From Rhodothermales bacterium (GTDB lineage: Bacteria > Bacteroidota > Rhodothermia > Rhodothermales > DASSAV01): a DNA stretch of 49,822 nucleotides. The DNA lies in contig DASSAV010000055.1 of assembly GCA_035699265.1 (NCBI GenBank), positions 1 through 49,822 of the forward strand, read 5' to 3'. Positions within the stretch are counted from its first letter, which is position 1, and every line of letters starts with the position of its first letter. Positions 36,474 to 45,276 of the stretch are shown piece by piece. Below the pieces are notes generated by a model. That model was not told where the DNA came from, did not search any database, and saw only the letters and a program-made list of their open reading frames with translations. The position numbers were made by a program, and so were the translations under genes.

Positions 36474-38852
36474 TCATGACACGGCCTGCTGGTAGCCATA
36501 GGTATACTTGCTGTATCCGTACCCGAAACCATATCGGTAACCACCTGCTTTTTGCGCATCGAAACGGTTGAATATGGTACCGGCTATAGGCACACCGACC
36601 GCCGCCAGCATCTTCTTCGTGACGTCTAGCGCGTGTACATCCGTCCTGTGAGCCGAAACGACCATGACGGTTGCGTCGCACAATGGCGCCAGCAATACCG
36701 CATCGGTCACGGCCAGCACCGGAGGCGAATCGACTATGACGAGATCGTAGGCGGCGCGCATCTGCTCCAGAAGCTCGAACATTTTGTTCGACCCGATCAC
36801 CTCGGCCGGCGGAGAAGTCGCACTGCCCGCCGGGATCAGCCACAGGTTCCTTACGATGGTAGGCTGCGGCTCCACACCCTCGCGGCGCCCGGAAAGCATC
36901 TCTGCCAGGCCGCAACCCGGCGAGACGTTAAGAAGCCGATGCGCAGTCGGGCGGCGCATGTCGGCATCTATCAACAGAGTGCGATGCCCGAATTGCGCCG
37001 CAGCTATCGCCAGATTAAGAGCCGTAACCGTTTTGCCGTCCGACATTTCGGGACTCGTCACGAGCAACACTTGTGTAGGCAGCCCCGTCTGCCCGGCACC
37101 GATGTTTGTCCGAACCAGGCGGTAACTCTCAGAAATCGGTGACCACGGATCGTGTAAGGTGATGAGCCGTGTGCTGAGTGTCTTGCCATCCTTCTCGACC
37201 TCATCCTTACCCATGAAATGGGCTGCGATGGCCTTATCCATGGACGGAATGACCCCGATGAGGTTGTAGCCATTTTGCTCCAGTTCGTCCGGCTGTTGGA
37301 GCCGGTGGCTCATCGCCTTCTTGGCAAAGGCCAAGGCAACCCCGATGCCCAGGCCGAGCAGAAGGCCCAGCATAAGGTTCTGCTTCAAATCCGGACGCAC
37401 CGGGAGCGTCGGAACGATGGCGCTGCGGACGATCTTTGCACTGCCCAATTCCGCCTCCTCGGCAATCATTGTCTTCTGCAGTTCTTGGAGGAACGTCATG
37501 TACCACTGTTCGGCGATGGTGCGCTGCTGCTCTAACTGCTTCGTCTCGATGATCTGCCTGGGAATGCTCTGAAGGCTCCCCCTGTAACCTCCAAGCCTGC
37601 CGTCCAGGGCCGCCACCTGGTTCTGTAGCTCTCTAACGGTAAGGTTCTTTTCGAGAACCTTGTTCTTCAACTGGACCACGTACGTCATCTGGCTGGCACT
37701 TGCCTCCCCTAGTTCCGACGTGGAAGTTTGCGAAACGAGCTGCTGGGTTAACGCCTCGCGTTGTCCCTTGAAGAATTGGATCTTCTTGTTAATGTCTGAA
37801 AGGGCCTGAATGCTCGACTCTTTACCTTTGATGTTCGGGTTCACCGCGTAATATTCTCCTGCCTGCACCTCCAGCGTTGAAATTTGCTCATTCAAGGCAT
37901 TGATCCGGCTCTCAAGGGAAGCCGTTTCCCGTGTGGTTGTGAGTTGGGCGACCAGTCCGGGCTCGACGCGCTCCAGCTCACGCTTCAGGATCTCTAGAGA
38001 GTGCTTTTCCTGGCCCAACTGGAACGCTGCATTATCTCGCTGCGCTTTCAATTCCACAAAATCCGAAACCAGCCGCTCCCCATCGGTTCCAAGCGTGACG
38101 ATATGCTTTTCCTGGGCGTAGTCTTCCCATTGGCCTTCGATGTCATCCAGTTCACGACGTCGTTCGGCCACCTGCTGCTGTAGAAAAGCCTTCTTGGCGG
38201 CGATGCTGGCGCGGCTGGATTCCCGGTTGAACTTGACGTACTCCTCCGCATATTCGTTGGCGATCAGCGCAGCCTCCTCAGGGGTCGTGCTCTCCGCCAG
38301 GATCTCGATCATGTCCTGCGTGGCGGATGGCCTGAATTGAACCTGCTCAAGAAGACGCGCGGTTATGGGCTGCACGTGAAGGGAGTCCCCGGCAGTGCCG
38401 TTCAGGATCGGAAAACGCTCGGCTGTGCCCACAGCCGCGGCAGTGCTCTGGATGCGCTGTGCAACGCGGTTCGCCAGCTCTGCGGACTGCTGGAGTATGC
38501 CCAGTTCATTCGCAAGGGTGTGCGGCTCCGAACTTCCCACAACGCCGGGCGCCAGGCTGGGACCCGTATTTATGAAAACGACACTGCGCGCCTGGTACGT
38601 GGGCGCAATAGTTTTCGTGTACACCACCATCGCCGCCGTAATCAGCAGGCAGCTCAGGAGAATGATCCACTTCCCCTGATGCAGGGCGTCCAGTACGTCC
38701 GTAAGGTTGATCTTGGCGTCGTCGGGCGGTCCCGCCATGCCGGGGCGCCGCATGCTGCCGTTTACACGCCGAGCCGATGCGATACTACCGTTAGCATAAC
38801 GGGTTATGTGTCTGGGCTGATTCATATTCGTCATTGCTGCTCTGGTTCTCAC
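36474..38852 (-). CDS. Polysaccharide co-polymerase / tyrosine autokinase (PCP-2a, GumC/ExoP/Wzc-like)
   Basis: Wzz-like N-terminus with a TM helix (WIILLSCLLITAAMVVY) and a long coiled-coil periplasmic region. Walker A SPEMSDGKT, A' LLIDADMRRP, B LVIVDSPPV. Tyr-rich tail GGYRYGFGYGYSKYTYGYQQ (36477..36545). Confidence 0.9.
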   Translation of the reverse strand: MRTRAAMTNMNQPRHITRYANGSIASARRVNGSMRRPGMAGPPDDAKINLTDVLDALHQGKWIILLSCLLITAAMVVYTKTIAPTYQARSVVFINTGPSLAPGVVGSSEPHTLANELGILQQSAELANRVAQRIQSTAAAVGTAERFPILNGTAGDSLHVQPITARLLEQVQFRPSATQDMIEILAESTTPEEAALIANEYAEEYVKFNRESSRASIAAKKAFLQQQVAERRRELDDIEGQWEDYAQEKHIVTLGTDGERLVSDFVELKAQRDNAAFQLGQEKHSLEILKRELERVEPGLVAQLTTTRETASLESRINALNEQISTLEVQAGEYYAVNPNIKGKESSIQALSDINKKIQFFKGQREALTQQLVSQTSTSELGEASASQMTYVVQLKNKVLEKNLTVRELQNQVAALDGRLGGYRGSLQSIPRQIIETKQLEQQRTIAEQWYMTFLQELQKTMIAEEAELGSAKIVRSAIVPTLPVRPDLKQNLMLGLLLGLGIGVALAFAKKAMSHRLQQPDELEQNGYNLIGVIPSMDKAIAAHFMGKDEVEKDGKTLSTRLITLHDPWSPISESYRLVRTNIGAGQTGLPTQVLLVTSPEMSDGKTVTALNLAIAAAQFGHRTLLIDADMRRPTAHRLLNVSPGCGLAEMLSGRREGVEPQPTIVRNLWLIPAGSATSPPAEVIGSNKMFELLEQMRAAYDLVIVDSPPVLAVTDAVLLAPLCDATVMVVSAHRTDVHALDVTKKMLAAVGVPIAGTIFNRFDAQKAGGYRYGFGYGYSKYTYGYQQAVS

Positions 38853-38903
38853 CTTAAGAGCGAAGTGTCAGACCGTTAGAGAAGCCGCGGCAGGCCTCTA
38901 CCC

Positions 38904-40409
38904 TTAGTAGGCCCCCTCTCCCTTTACGATGACGGGTATGGAACGCGCCATGATGTAGGCGTCCAACCAGAAATTCCAGTTCTGCACATAATGCACGTCT
39001 AACGTGACCCGGTCTTCGAAGCTCAGATGGTTGCGCCCGGATACCTGCCAGAGCCCAGTTATTCCTGGAGGATTTTGTAGAATAACGGACTCCATATCCC
39101 CCATGCAGGCCAACTCCTCGAACAGATAGGCCCGCGGCCCGACGAGGCTCATCTCGCCCCGCAGCACATTCCACAACTGGGGCAGTTCGTCTAGACTGTA
39201 CCTCCGCAGCATTCTCCCGACAGGCGTTACACGGGGATCGTCCCGGAGCTTGCGGAAGGTTTGGAACTCCTCTCTCAGTTCTGCATCCCGGCCGAGTATG
39301 TCCTGTAACCTGACCGTGGCGTCCGAATACATGCTTCGAAATTTCAACACGCTGAAAACACGCCCACCCTTGCCGATCCGGAGTTGTCGAAATAGAACGG
39401 GACCCGAAGAATCGAGCTTGATGAGAATCGAGATGGCCAGCAGCAGGGGCGACAGGAAAACGACCGCGAGCAAGGCACAGACGTAATCGCTCATTGCCTT
39501 GGCCGACCGCATGGCGTGCTTTCTGCCATTGTGCTGAACGTCGTACCCCCGTATGCCGATAGCAGACCCCGCCGTCGTCCAGAGGGGCTGTGATTCCGCC
39601 GCTGCGGGAACGACCAGCACACGCTCAAAGAACTTTGCATAACGGCCAACGAGCTTCTGCAACTGGCGGGGCGGCATTTCCGGCATGGCCACGATGAGGT
39701 AGGGGATCTTGTAGCGCCGTGCGAGCACGGGCGCATACTCCATATTCCTGTGAACGGGTACCCCGCCAATCTCCCTTTCCATTTCCGTGCTGTCGAGCAG
39801 TACGACAGGCTTCAGGCCTAGCTCAGGCCAACGGTTCAGCGTCTTGAGAATAGCTCTTCCAGCCCGCTCTCGTCCGAGCACGACGCAGGGATAGCCCCAC
39901 CAGTCAGCTTGACCACACACCATGCGCAGGCCAATCCTCGCGAGCGTAACGAACACGACGGTCGCCCCCCAGGCCGTCGCGAGCAGAATGAGCGGCTGTG
40001 CTGCCCCGAGCGTGAGGAGTGGAATGCCAAAAGATGCGTACACCAGCGTCGTTACACGGGCGGTCCTTCGCATGTCCGCCGCAGGATGAAGGATGACGTC
40101 CCCCACCATGTGAACCGCCGCATAGCATATCTCCAGGAGAATGATGACAGGCAAGAAGGAAGACGCCCGCACGAGGCGTTCCCCCGGCACGATCAAGTCG
40201 ACTCCCGAGAGGCACATCCACGTCGCGGCGAGTGCCGCAGCGTCGGAAACCAGAAAACTTGCGACCGTCCACGCGCGTGAGGGGACGCCCGGCAACACCA
40301 ATCCGCCACTTCTGGGGACCGTCGGCACTAATACCGGGCCCTGAAATTGAGAAGCGGTGGCGGCGTGCATTCCTGGTGACTGATTAAAGTGAACTTCCGT
40401 CTCCCTCAT
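38904..40409 (-). CDS. Polyprenyl-phosphate glycosyl-1-phosphate transferase (WbaP/EpsB-type initiating sugar transferase)
   Basis: N-terminal TM segments. SPLLLAISILIKLDSSGPVLFRQLRIGKGGRVFSVLKFRSMY ... DELPQLWNVLRGEMSLVGPRA. An alternative start lies at 40370. Confidence 0.9.
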   Translation of the reverse strand: MRETEVHFNQSPGMHAATASQFQGPVLVPTVPRSGGLVLPGVPSRAWTVASFLVSDAAALAATWMCLSGVDLIVPGERLVRASSFLPVIILLEICYAAVHMVGDVILHPAADMRRTARVTTLVYASFGIPLLTLGAAQPLILLATAWGATVVFVTLARIGLRMVCGQADWWGYPCVVLGRERAGRAILKTLNRWPELGLKPVVLLDSTEMEREIGGVPVHRNMEYAPVLARRYKIPYLIVAMPEMPPRQLQKLVGRYAKFFERVLVVPAAAESQPLWTTAGSAIGIRGYDVQHNGRKHAMRSAKAMSDYVCALLAVVFLSPLLLAISILIKLDSSGPVLFRQLRIGKGGRVFSVLKFRSMYSDATVRLQDILGRDAELREEFQTFRKLRDDPRVTPVGRMLRRYSLDELPQLWNVLRGEMSLVGPRAYLFEELACMGDMESVILQNPPGITGLWQVSGRNHLSFEDRVTLDVHYVQNWNFWLDAYIMARSIPVIVKGEGAY

Positions 40410-41646
40410 AACTCCCCCCCACTATGCCTTCCGTCAATTTCCGAGATGTAAACTCTTCGTACTTCCTCTGAAGCAGACCGGTAAAAGCCTGCCGAAAGCA
40501 TTCCTTGGAGAATCGCTCGGCATTATATCGAATCGTATCCGGCTCGAAATAGCTGCCCATGCTTTCGAACCTGTAAATAGCATCCTTGAGGCTATCTATT
40601 GTCTGTTCGTAGAAAAAGACACCCGTCGTGTCGCGAATCACGGTTTCGAGTACCCCTCCCTTTCCATACGCGATCACGGGTGTGCCACAGGCCTGTGCCT
40701 CAAGAGGAACGATTCCAAAGTCTTCCTCTGCGGCAAAAACAAAAGCCTTCGCTCTACGCAGATAATGTTTTGCGGCTTCAAAAGGCTGATACCCGAGTAT
40801 CGTAACGTTGGGCGTGGCTTTTGCCGCAATGGACTTGAAATCAGGCCCGTCGCCAATTACGATGAGCTCCTTGTCAGGCATTCCGGCGAACGCCTCTACG
40901 ATCAGGTCCACCCGCTTGTAAGGCACGAGCCGCGACATCGTCACGTAGTAGTTCTCCTTCTCGAGGCAGAGCGTGAAGGCATCGGTGTCCACCGGCGGGT
41001 AGATGACCTCGGCCCGGCGCCGGTAGGTCTTCCAGATTCGCCGGGCTACGTGGCGGGAATTGGCGACGAATACGTCTACTCGATTCGCGCTAACTGCATC
41101 GAAGAGGCGCAAATAGTGCAGGACGGCCCGCGCCAGGTGCCCCTTCGCGCCATGCTCGAGCTTTCCGTCGCGCACGTACTGGAAATGCAGGTCCCACGCA
41201 TACCGGACCGGGCTGTGGACGTAGCTGATGTGCAACTGCTCGGCAGTGGTGAGCACACCTTTCGCTACGACGTAGCTGGACGAAATGACAACGTCGTAGT
41301 CGCTCAGGTCGAACTGTTCAATGGCGTAGGGCGCGAAAGGCAGGTAATAGCGATAATTCTTATGCGCGAACGGCAAGCGCTGTATAAAAGAGGTTTGTAC
41401 AGGCTTGTCCCGCAGAAATGCCCGTTGGTCGGGTGACAGAAAATCGATGAGACTATAGAGGTCGGCATCCGGGCACGCGGCTAGTATTTCGCCCAATACA
41501 TGCTCAGCCCCCCCGTAAACCGGAAGCCAGTCGTGCACGACGCCAATGCGTGTAGCCGACAGCGGCTGCAGGCCTTTATCCGCCGGCTTGCCGTTTACCA
41601 GTTCCCTAAACTCTGCTGTTCGCCCAGCATAGTTTTCCGAAGTCAT
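40384..41646 (-). CDS. GT4 glycosyltransferase (first gene of the long minus-strand train)
   Basis: RIGVVHDWLPVYGGAEHVLGEI and EDFGIVPLEAQACGTPVIAYGKGGVLETV. Confidence 0.85.
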   Translation of the reverse strand: MTSENYAGRTAEFRELVNGKPADKGLQPLSATRIGVVHDWLPVYGGAEHVLGEILAACPDADLYSLIDFLSPDQRAFLRDKPVQTSFIQRLPFAHKNYRYYLPFAPYAIEQFDLSDYDVVISSSYVVAKGVLTTAEQLHISYVHSPVRYAWDLHFQYVRDGKLEHGAKGHLARAVLHYLRLFDAVSANRVDVFVANSRHVARRIWKTYRRRAEVIYPPVDTDAFTLCLEKENYYVTMSRLVPYKRVDLIVEAFAGMPDKELIVIGDGPDFKSIAAKATPNVTILGYQPFEAAKHYLRRAKAFVFAAEEDFGIVPLEAQACGTPVIAYGKGGVLETVIRDTTGVFFYEQTIDSLKDAIYRFESMGSYFEPDTIRYNAERFSKECFRQAFTGLLQRKYEEFTSRKLTEGIVGGSYEGDGSSL

Positions 41647-42209
41647 ACTTTCAGACCCGTTCTTCGGTGAGCAATGTTACCGGACTACGAGGTCTTTGGA
41701 CCTGGAACGTAACCCCACTACATAGACACAAGGGGATGAGCACGTCACTGGAGCAAGCGTAGGTTGCCGTTAATTCCCGGGCGCCATTCCCAAATAGATG
41801 ATGATTGTGTACCTGCTATATAAGACTGCGGACATATACGTTCGTCACTCAGAGTGAGGGCTTTACAACTAATGGACAATGGCAACGCCAAGGCAACCGA
41901 CAGGCTGATCTACGTGGCAGCTTCCTTTCTTGCACTTTCCCTGCTCCCTGCATCAGGGAGTGGCTACCATCGACGTTGAGGCACCGGCCGCGACGGACGC
42001 TTGCTTTCACCTGAGATGGCGGGCGCTGAGATTCAAAGAACGCGCAGTGTGAAAGGGTACCGGATAGCCGCCAGAAGTGCCTTTACAGTTCAGCGCGCGC
42101 GTGGCAAGACTATTGGATTGGCTTTTTGACGCTCCAAGCGCAGATTCTAGATGCGCCGTGCGCCAAAATGTAATGGGGATTGCGTAGACGGCCGGTCCGG
42201 ACGGCGCCC
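41647..42209. promoter_or_regulatory. 563-bp non-coding region upstream of the long polysaccharide operon, presumed promoter plus long leader
   Basis: No credible ORF and lower GC. A 7-bp stem hairpin (ctccctg cat cagggag) lies at 41944-41960. I could not assign a confident promoter. Confidence 0.3.
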
Positions 42210-42965
42210 CTAGTCGGGTCGGAGATTCCTGCCGGTCTCCACGTGACGAGTTCCCGCATGGCTTTGAGAAGCCCTCCGGCGCCTGGCGTGCGCCTTCGCC
42301 AGTGACTTGGCATCCCTGATCTGGTATTCCGTGCGTCGATAGAAGACCCCGTCAGCATACCCTAGCACAGCGGTCTTGTACCATCGGACGAGAAACCTGA
42401 GCCCATAATACCCGAGGGCTAATCCAATGATGACGATCGCGCCCCACTGAAGCCACAGGAACTCTTGCCAGAAGCGCGCGGTCGTCGCCGAAAAGCCACG
42501 GCTCCTGCTCCAGGCTTCGTATTGCGCACCGATGTCGCCATAGCGCCCGTGCTCGATGTTGTATTCCCACTGGACGGGATCGAGGTCGAACTGACTCATG
42601 ATCTTTGAGACCATCGGCAGCGGCACGACGTACGCATCCACAGCGATAAGGCCGCACGCTACCGTGCCCATGACGAGCATATCGAGAACCAGCAACGCCC
42701 AGGTGAGAGACGCCAGGTGTTTGACTTCTCTGCGGAACCGGCGATGGCTAAACGCGCCGTCCAGCCGGCGTACGTTTCCGGCAGCCGCCCGGAAGACCCG
42801 GCGCGGTAGAACAACGAATACCAACACCAGCACGGGAAGGAGGGCGGCGGCACTTACCAGAATCAATGCGTTGACAGCCATTTGAACGGGCAGCAGTTGC
42901 ACTCCACATAAACATAGGACCGCAAGCAGCTTCCGACAAGTTCCCGTCCACGCACATGGTGTCAC
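42210..42965 (-). CDS. Hypothetical integral membrane protein
   Basis: At least four hydrophobic segments (ALILVSAAALLPVLVLVFVVL, ASLTWALLVLDMLVMGTVACGLIAV, FLWLQWGAIVIIGLALGYYGL) and a basic C-terminal tail. The start may be at 42881 (MAVNAL). Confidence 0.55.
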   Translation of the reverse strand: MTPCAWTGTCRKLLAVLCLCGVQLLPVQMAVNALILVSAAALLPVLVLVFVVLPRRVFRAAAGNVRRLDGAFSHRRFRREVKHLASLTWALLVLDMLVMGTVACGLIAVDAYVVPLPMVSKIMSQFDLDPVQWEYNIEHGRYGDIGAQYEAWSRSRGFSATTARFWQEFLWLQWGAIVIIGLALGYYGLRFLVRWYKTAVLGYADGVFYRRTEYQIRDAKSLAKAHARRRRASQSHAGTRHVETGRNLRPD

Positions 42966-43023
42966 TCCCCAACAATGCGGCCCCTACCCGGTCTTGCCCC
43001 AATCCAGGGTACGGAGCGCTCCT

Positions 43024-43728
43024 TCAGGCCACGCGGCGAAGGATGGAGTGGAGCCGTTCGTGGTCGTCGTTCAGGAGGCGGCTGAGCACGCGGCCCGCTT
43101 CTACCAGCGCCTGTTCTCCTTCGCGGTTGCGGGCATTGGCGTCGTAGATCTGCCGGAGAACGGCGACCAGCAGATCGTCCACAGGAACGGAAGGGTCGGT
43201 GTTGTGGGCGAGGGTGCGGAGGAAATCGTACGGGGCGCCGAGGGTGCAGACCTCCTCCGGCGTACATGCCTCGACGAAGCTGTGCAAGGCCGGGGGCGAT
43301 GGCGGGAGCGTCTGCCTGACCTGCCCGGCGGTGTCCCGATACGCTACGGCTTGGACGCTAAGCGTGACCCGGATCAACTCCAGGACGTGGGGCATCTCCC
43401 GCCGCAGTTCCTCCGGGGTACGCCCCATCGCGACGGCCCGCCGGTGCGGATCGACGGAGCCGACCTCCACCCGGCTCACGAGGCCGAAAACCTCAGTGCC
43501 GTTCTCATGCTTCACACGCACCCACGAGCCGAACACCGGGGCTTCCGCGCCTCGGTACACCTCGGCCATGAAGGCGCCGGTGCTGGAGGCAATGACCTCG
43601 GCGATGCGGCCTGAGTGGGTCCCCGTTGCCCCGTTTTGCAGGGCCGCCGATGCGGATTGCCCTTCCGAAGCAAACATATTTTCCATGCTTCTATGCCGTA
43701 ATACCAGATCTCTTGAAAACTTGTGCAA
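43024..43728 (-). CDS. Hypothetical protein whose N-terminal part resembles the HAS-barrel of HerA-type proteins. No ATPase motifs are present.
   Basis: GRIAEVIASSTGAFMAEVYRGAEAPVFGSWVRVKHENGTEVFGLVSRVEVGS has the beta-barrel pattern of HerA/F1-ATPase N-termini. No Walker A/B motif occurs anywhere in the 234 aa. It lies directly downstream of the NurA-like gene. Confidence 0.4.
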   Translation of the reverse strand: MHKFSRDLVLRHRSMENMFASEGQSASAALQNGATGTHSGRIAEVIASSTGAFMAEVYRGAEAPVFGSWVRVKHENGTEVFGLVSRVEVGSVDPHRRAVAMGRTPEELRREMPHVLELIRVTLSVQAVAYRDTAGQVRQTLPPSPPALHSFVEACTPEEVCTLGAPYDFLRTLAHNTDPSVPVDDLLVAVLRQIYDANARNREGEQALVEAGRVLSRLLNDDHERLHSILRRVA

Positions 43729-43821
43729 ACCTGCCCATCATCACACCCCCACTCGTACCCTCCTACTCTCGTATATTCCCCGACTCCTTTCCAGCGGTCG
43801 TCCGCGGTCGTCCCAAGCTCC

Positions 43822-44967
43822 TCACACGGCGGGACGCCGCTTGGAGAACTGCTTACGCGAGCCCAGGGCAGGGAGACCGGCCAGGTTCATCTCGCGTTCG
43901 ACGAGCTGGTAGAAAACCTCGCGTTCCTGGGCACGAACGACGGCCTGTTCGTGGGCCTCGGACAGAATCATCGGATACCCGCTCCCCTTTTCGCACTCGT
44001 TTAATACGATGGTATGTATCAGGCCGAGCACCTCCTCCCGTTCGGCAATCCACTGCGGGATCTCCACGCGCCCGACCTCGTCGCCTACGTGCAGGTAGAA
44101 GTAGCAGATCCGGTTCGGCCCGTAATCGGACAGCACGTGCGATTCGGCCTCGAAGCAGGCAGAGCGCTCACCAGGACTCAGGGTCGCCTCGAAAAGCTGC
44201 CTGTCCGTAAGGCCCGCCAGCGAATCCCGGGCGTCCACGAGTCCCCCGTCGCACTCGCCCAGGCTAAAGCGCAGCAGGTTGACGACCTCGGTGTTCCGGG
44301 GCATGCTGATGTAGGAGCACAGCGGGATCGCCTCGGCCTCGAACTGCGCCAGCACCTGAACGTATTCGGCGATGAGTTGCTTTTCCAGCCGCTTGTCGCC
44401 CAACCCGCTTACCATCCACCGGATCAGCGTTCCGTCGGATATGGCGACGAGGGGCCGGTCGCCGGCTCGGGCACGAATGGCCGTTTTCAGCAGCTCCGCG
44501 AGCTCAAGTTGATCCCGCACGGCGGAGATGACCTGCGCCGTCGCCGTCTCGAACGCATCCAGGTAGCTTTCCAGGTCGTTCTTCCGGTACTTGAAGAACG
44601 GCACCGATTCCATCAGCGGGCGTTCAACGGTGCCGTAGTGAAAAGCGACCCGGCTGACGTTCAACAGGTAGCAGGTCGGTTCGAAGTGTCGATCGGGGTA
44701 AATCTGGGAGCCGTCGGATGCGACGACGGTGACGGGGGTCGGCCTCGGACCGCAGGCATGCCGCCCCGCGGGCGCCGCGCGCAACCCGGCGACGAGCCAC
44801 GGCAGCTTGCGCCCCGCGATCCGGTCGCGCAGGTTCTCCCAATCGGGGTCGCTATCGGAAAGGGCCTGTAAGGCGTGCTGTAGCCTGTAGCGCGTAGCCT
44901 CCCACTGCTCCTTCTGATAGGAGTCGAATCCGTCGAATTGCTCTCGGAGACTGTTGAGATCGAGCAT
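43822..44967 (-). CDS. NurA-domain nuclease-like protein
   Basis: VTVVASDGSQIYPDRHFEPTCYLLNVSRVAFHYG and PLVAISDGTLIRW (the two DGS/DGT motifs of NurA), plus YISMPRNTEVVNLLR. I set the start at ATG 44967 (MLDLNSLREQF). The upstream part of the track ORF crosses repeats and the hemW antisense strand. Confidence 0.65.
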   Translation of the reverse strand: MLDLNSLREQFDGFDSYQKEQWEATRYRLQHALQALSDSDPDWENLRDRIAGRKLPWLVAGLRAAPAGRHACGPRPTPVTVVASDGSQIYPDRHFEPTCYLLNVSRVAFHYGTVERPLMESVPFFKYRKNDLESYLDAFETATAQVISAVRDQLELAELLKTAIRARAGDRPLVAISDGTLIRWMVSGLGDKRLEKQLIAEYVQVLAQFEAEAIPLCSYISMPRNTEVVNLLRFSLGECDGGLVDARDSLAGLTDRQLFEATLSPGERSACFEAESHVLSDYGPNRICYFYLHVGDEVGRVEIPQWIAEREEVLGLIHTIVLNECEKGSGYPMILSEAHEQAVVRAQEREVFYQLVEREMNLAGLPALGSRKQFSKRRPAV

Positions 44968-45088
44968 GGAAGGCTGCAGGGCGGGCGATGGGGACGGCTG
45001 CCATGTTAATGACGCCGTCGCCGTTCTGCAAGCGAAGCGAGCGGTAAAGGTAAATGTTAGAAAGGTTTGCGTGACTGTTTTACGTGAG

Positions 45089-45118
45089 GAGAAAGCTCCC
45101 CTCCTTTCTAAGGAGGGG
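45089..45118 (-). repeat. Hairpin repeat copy A (CCCCTCCT-loop-AGGAGGGG followed by GAGCTTTCTC), oriented toward the NurA-like gene
   Basis: The plus strand reads gagaaagctcccctcctttctaaggagggg. A perfect 8-bp stem pairs 45098-45105 with 45111-45118. Confidence 0.85.
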
Positions 45119-45197
45119 CCGGGGGTGGTTCCTTGAGAGGTTCGGGCTAACTGAGTCGTTGAGCTTGCCTGCATCGTGTATCCAACCACCCCTATAT

Positions 45198-45262
45198 CCC
45201 CTCCTTGCGAAGGAGGGGAGCTTCTCTTCTCGAACCGATCATCAAGCAAATGGCCATTAGAG
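45198..45262 (+). repeat. Hairpin repeat copy B with a conserved ~45-nt tail, ending 15 nt before the hemW start
   Basis: cccctcct tgcga aggagggg agcttctcttctcgaaccgatcatcaagcaaatggccattagag. It aligns along its full length with copy C. Confidence 0.85.
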
Positions 45263-45276
45263 CATACGAAGACTGA

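Noticed and set aside
45211-45218. AGGAGGGG arms of the hairpin repeats as Shine-Dalgarno sequences for hemW and ctaB.
   Set aside because: They lie 58 nt (hemW) and 41-89 nt (ctaB) from the candidate start codons and are sequestered in a perfect 8-bp stem.
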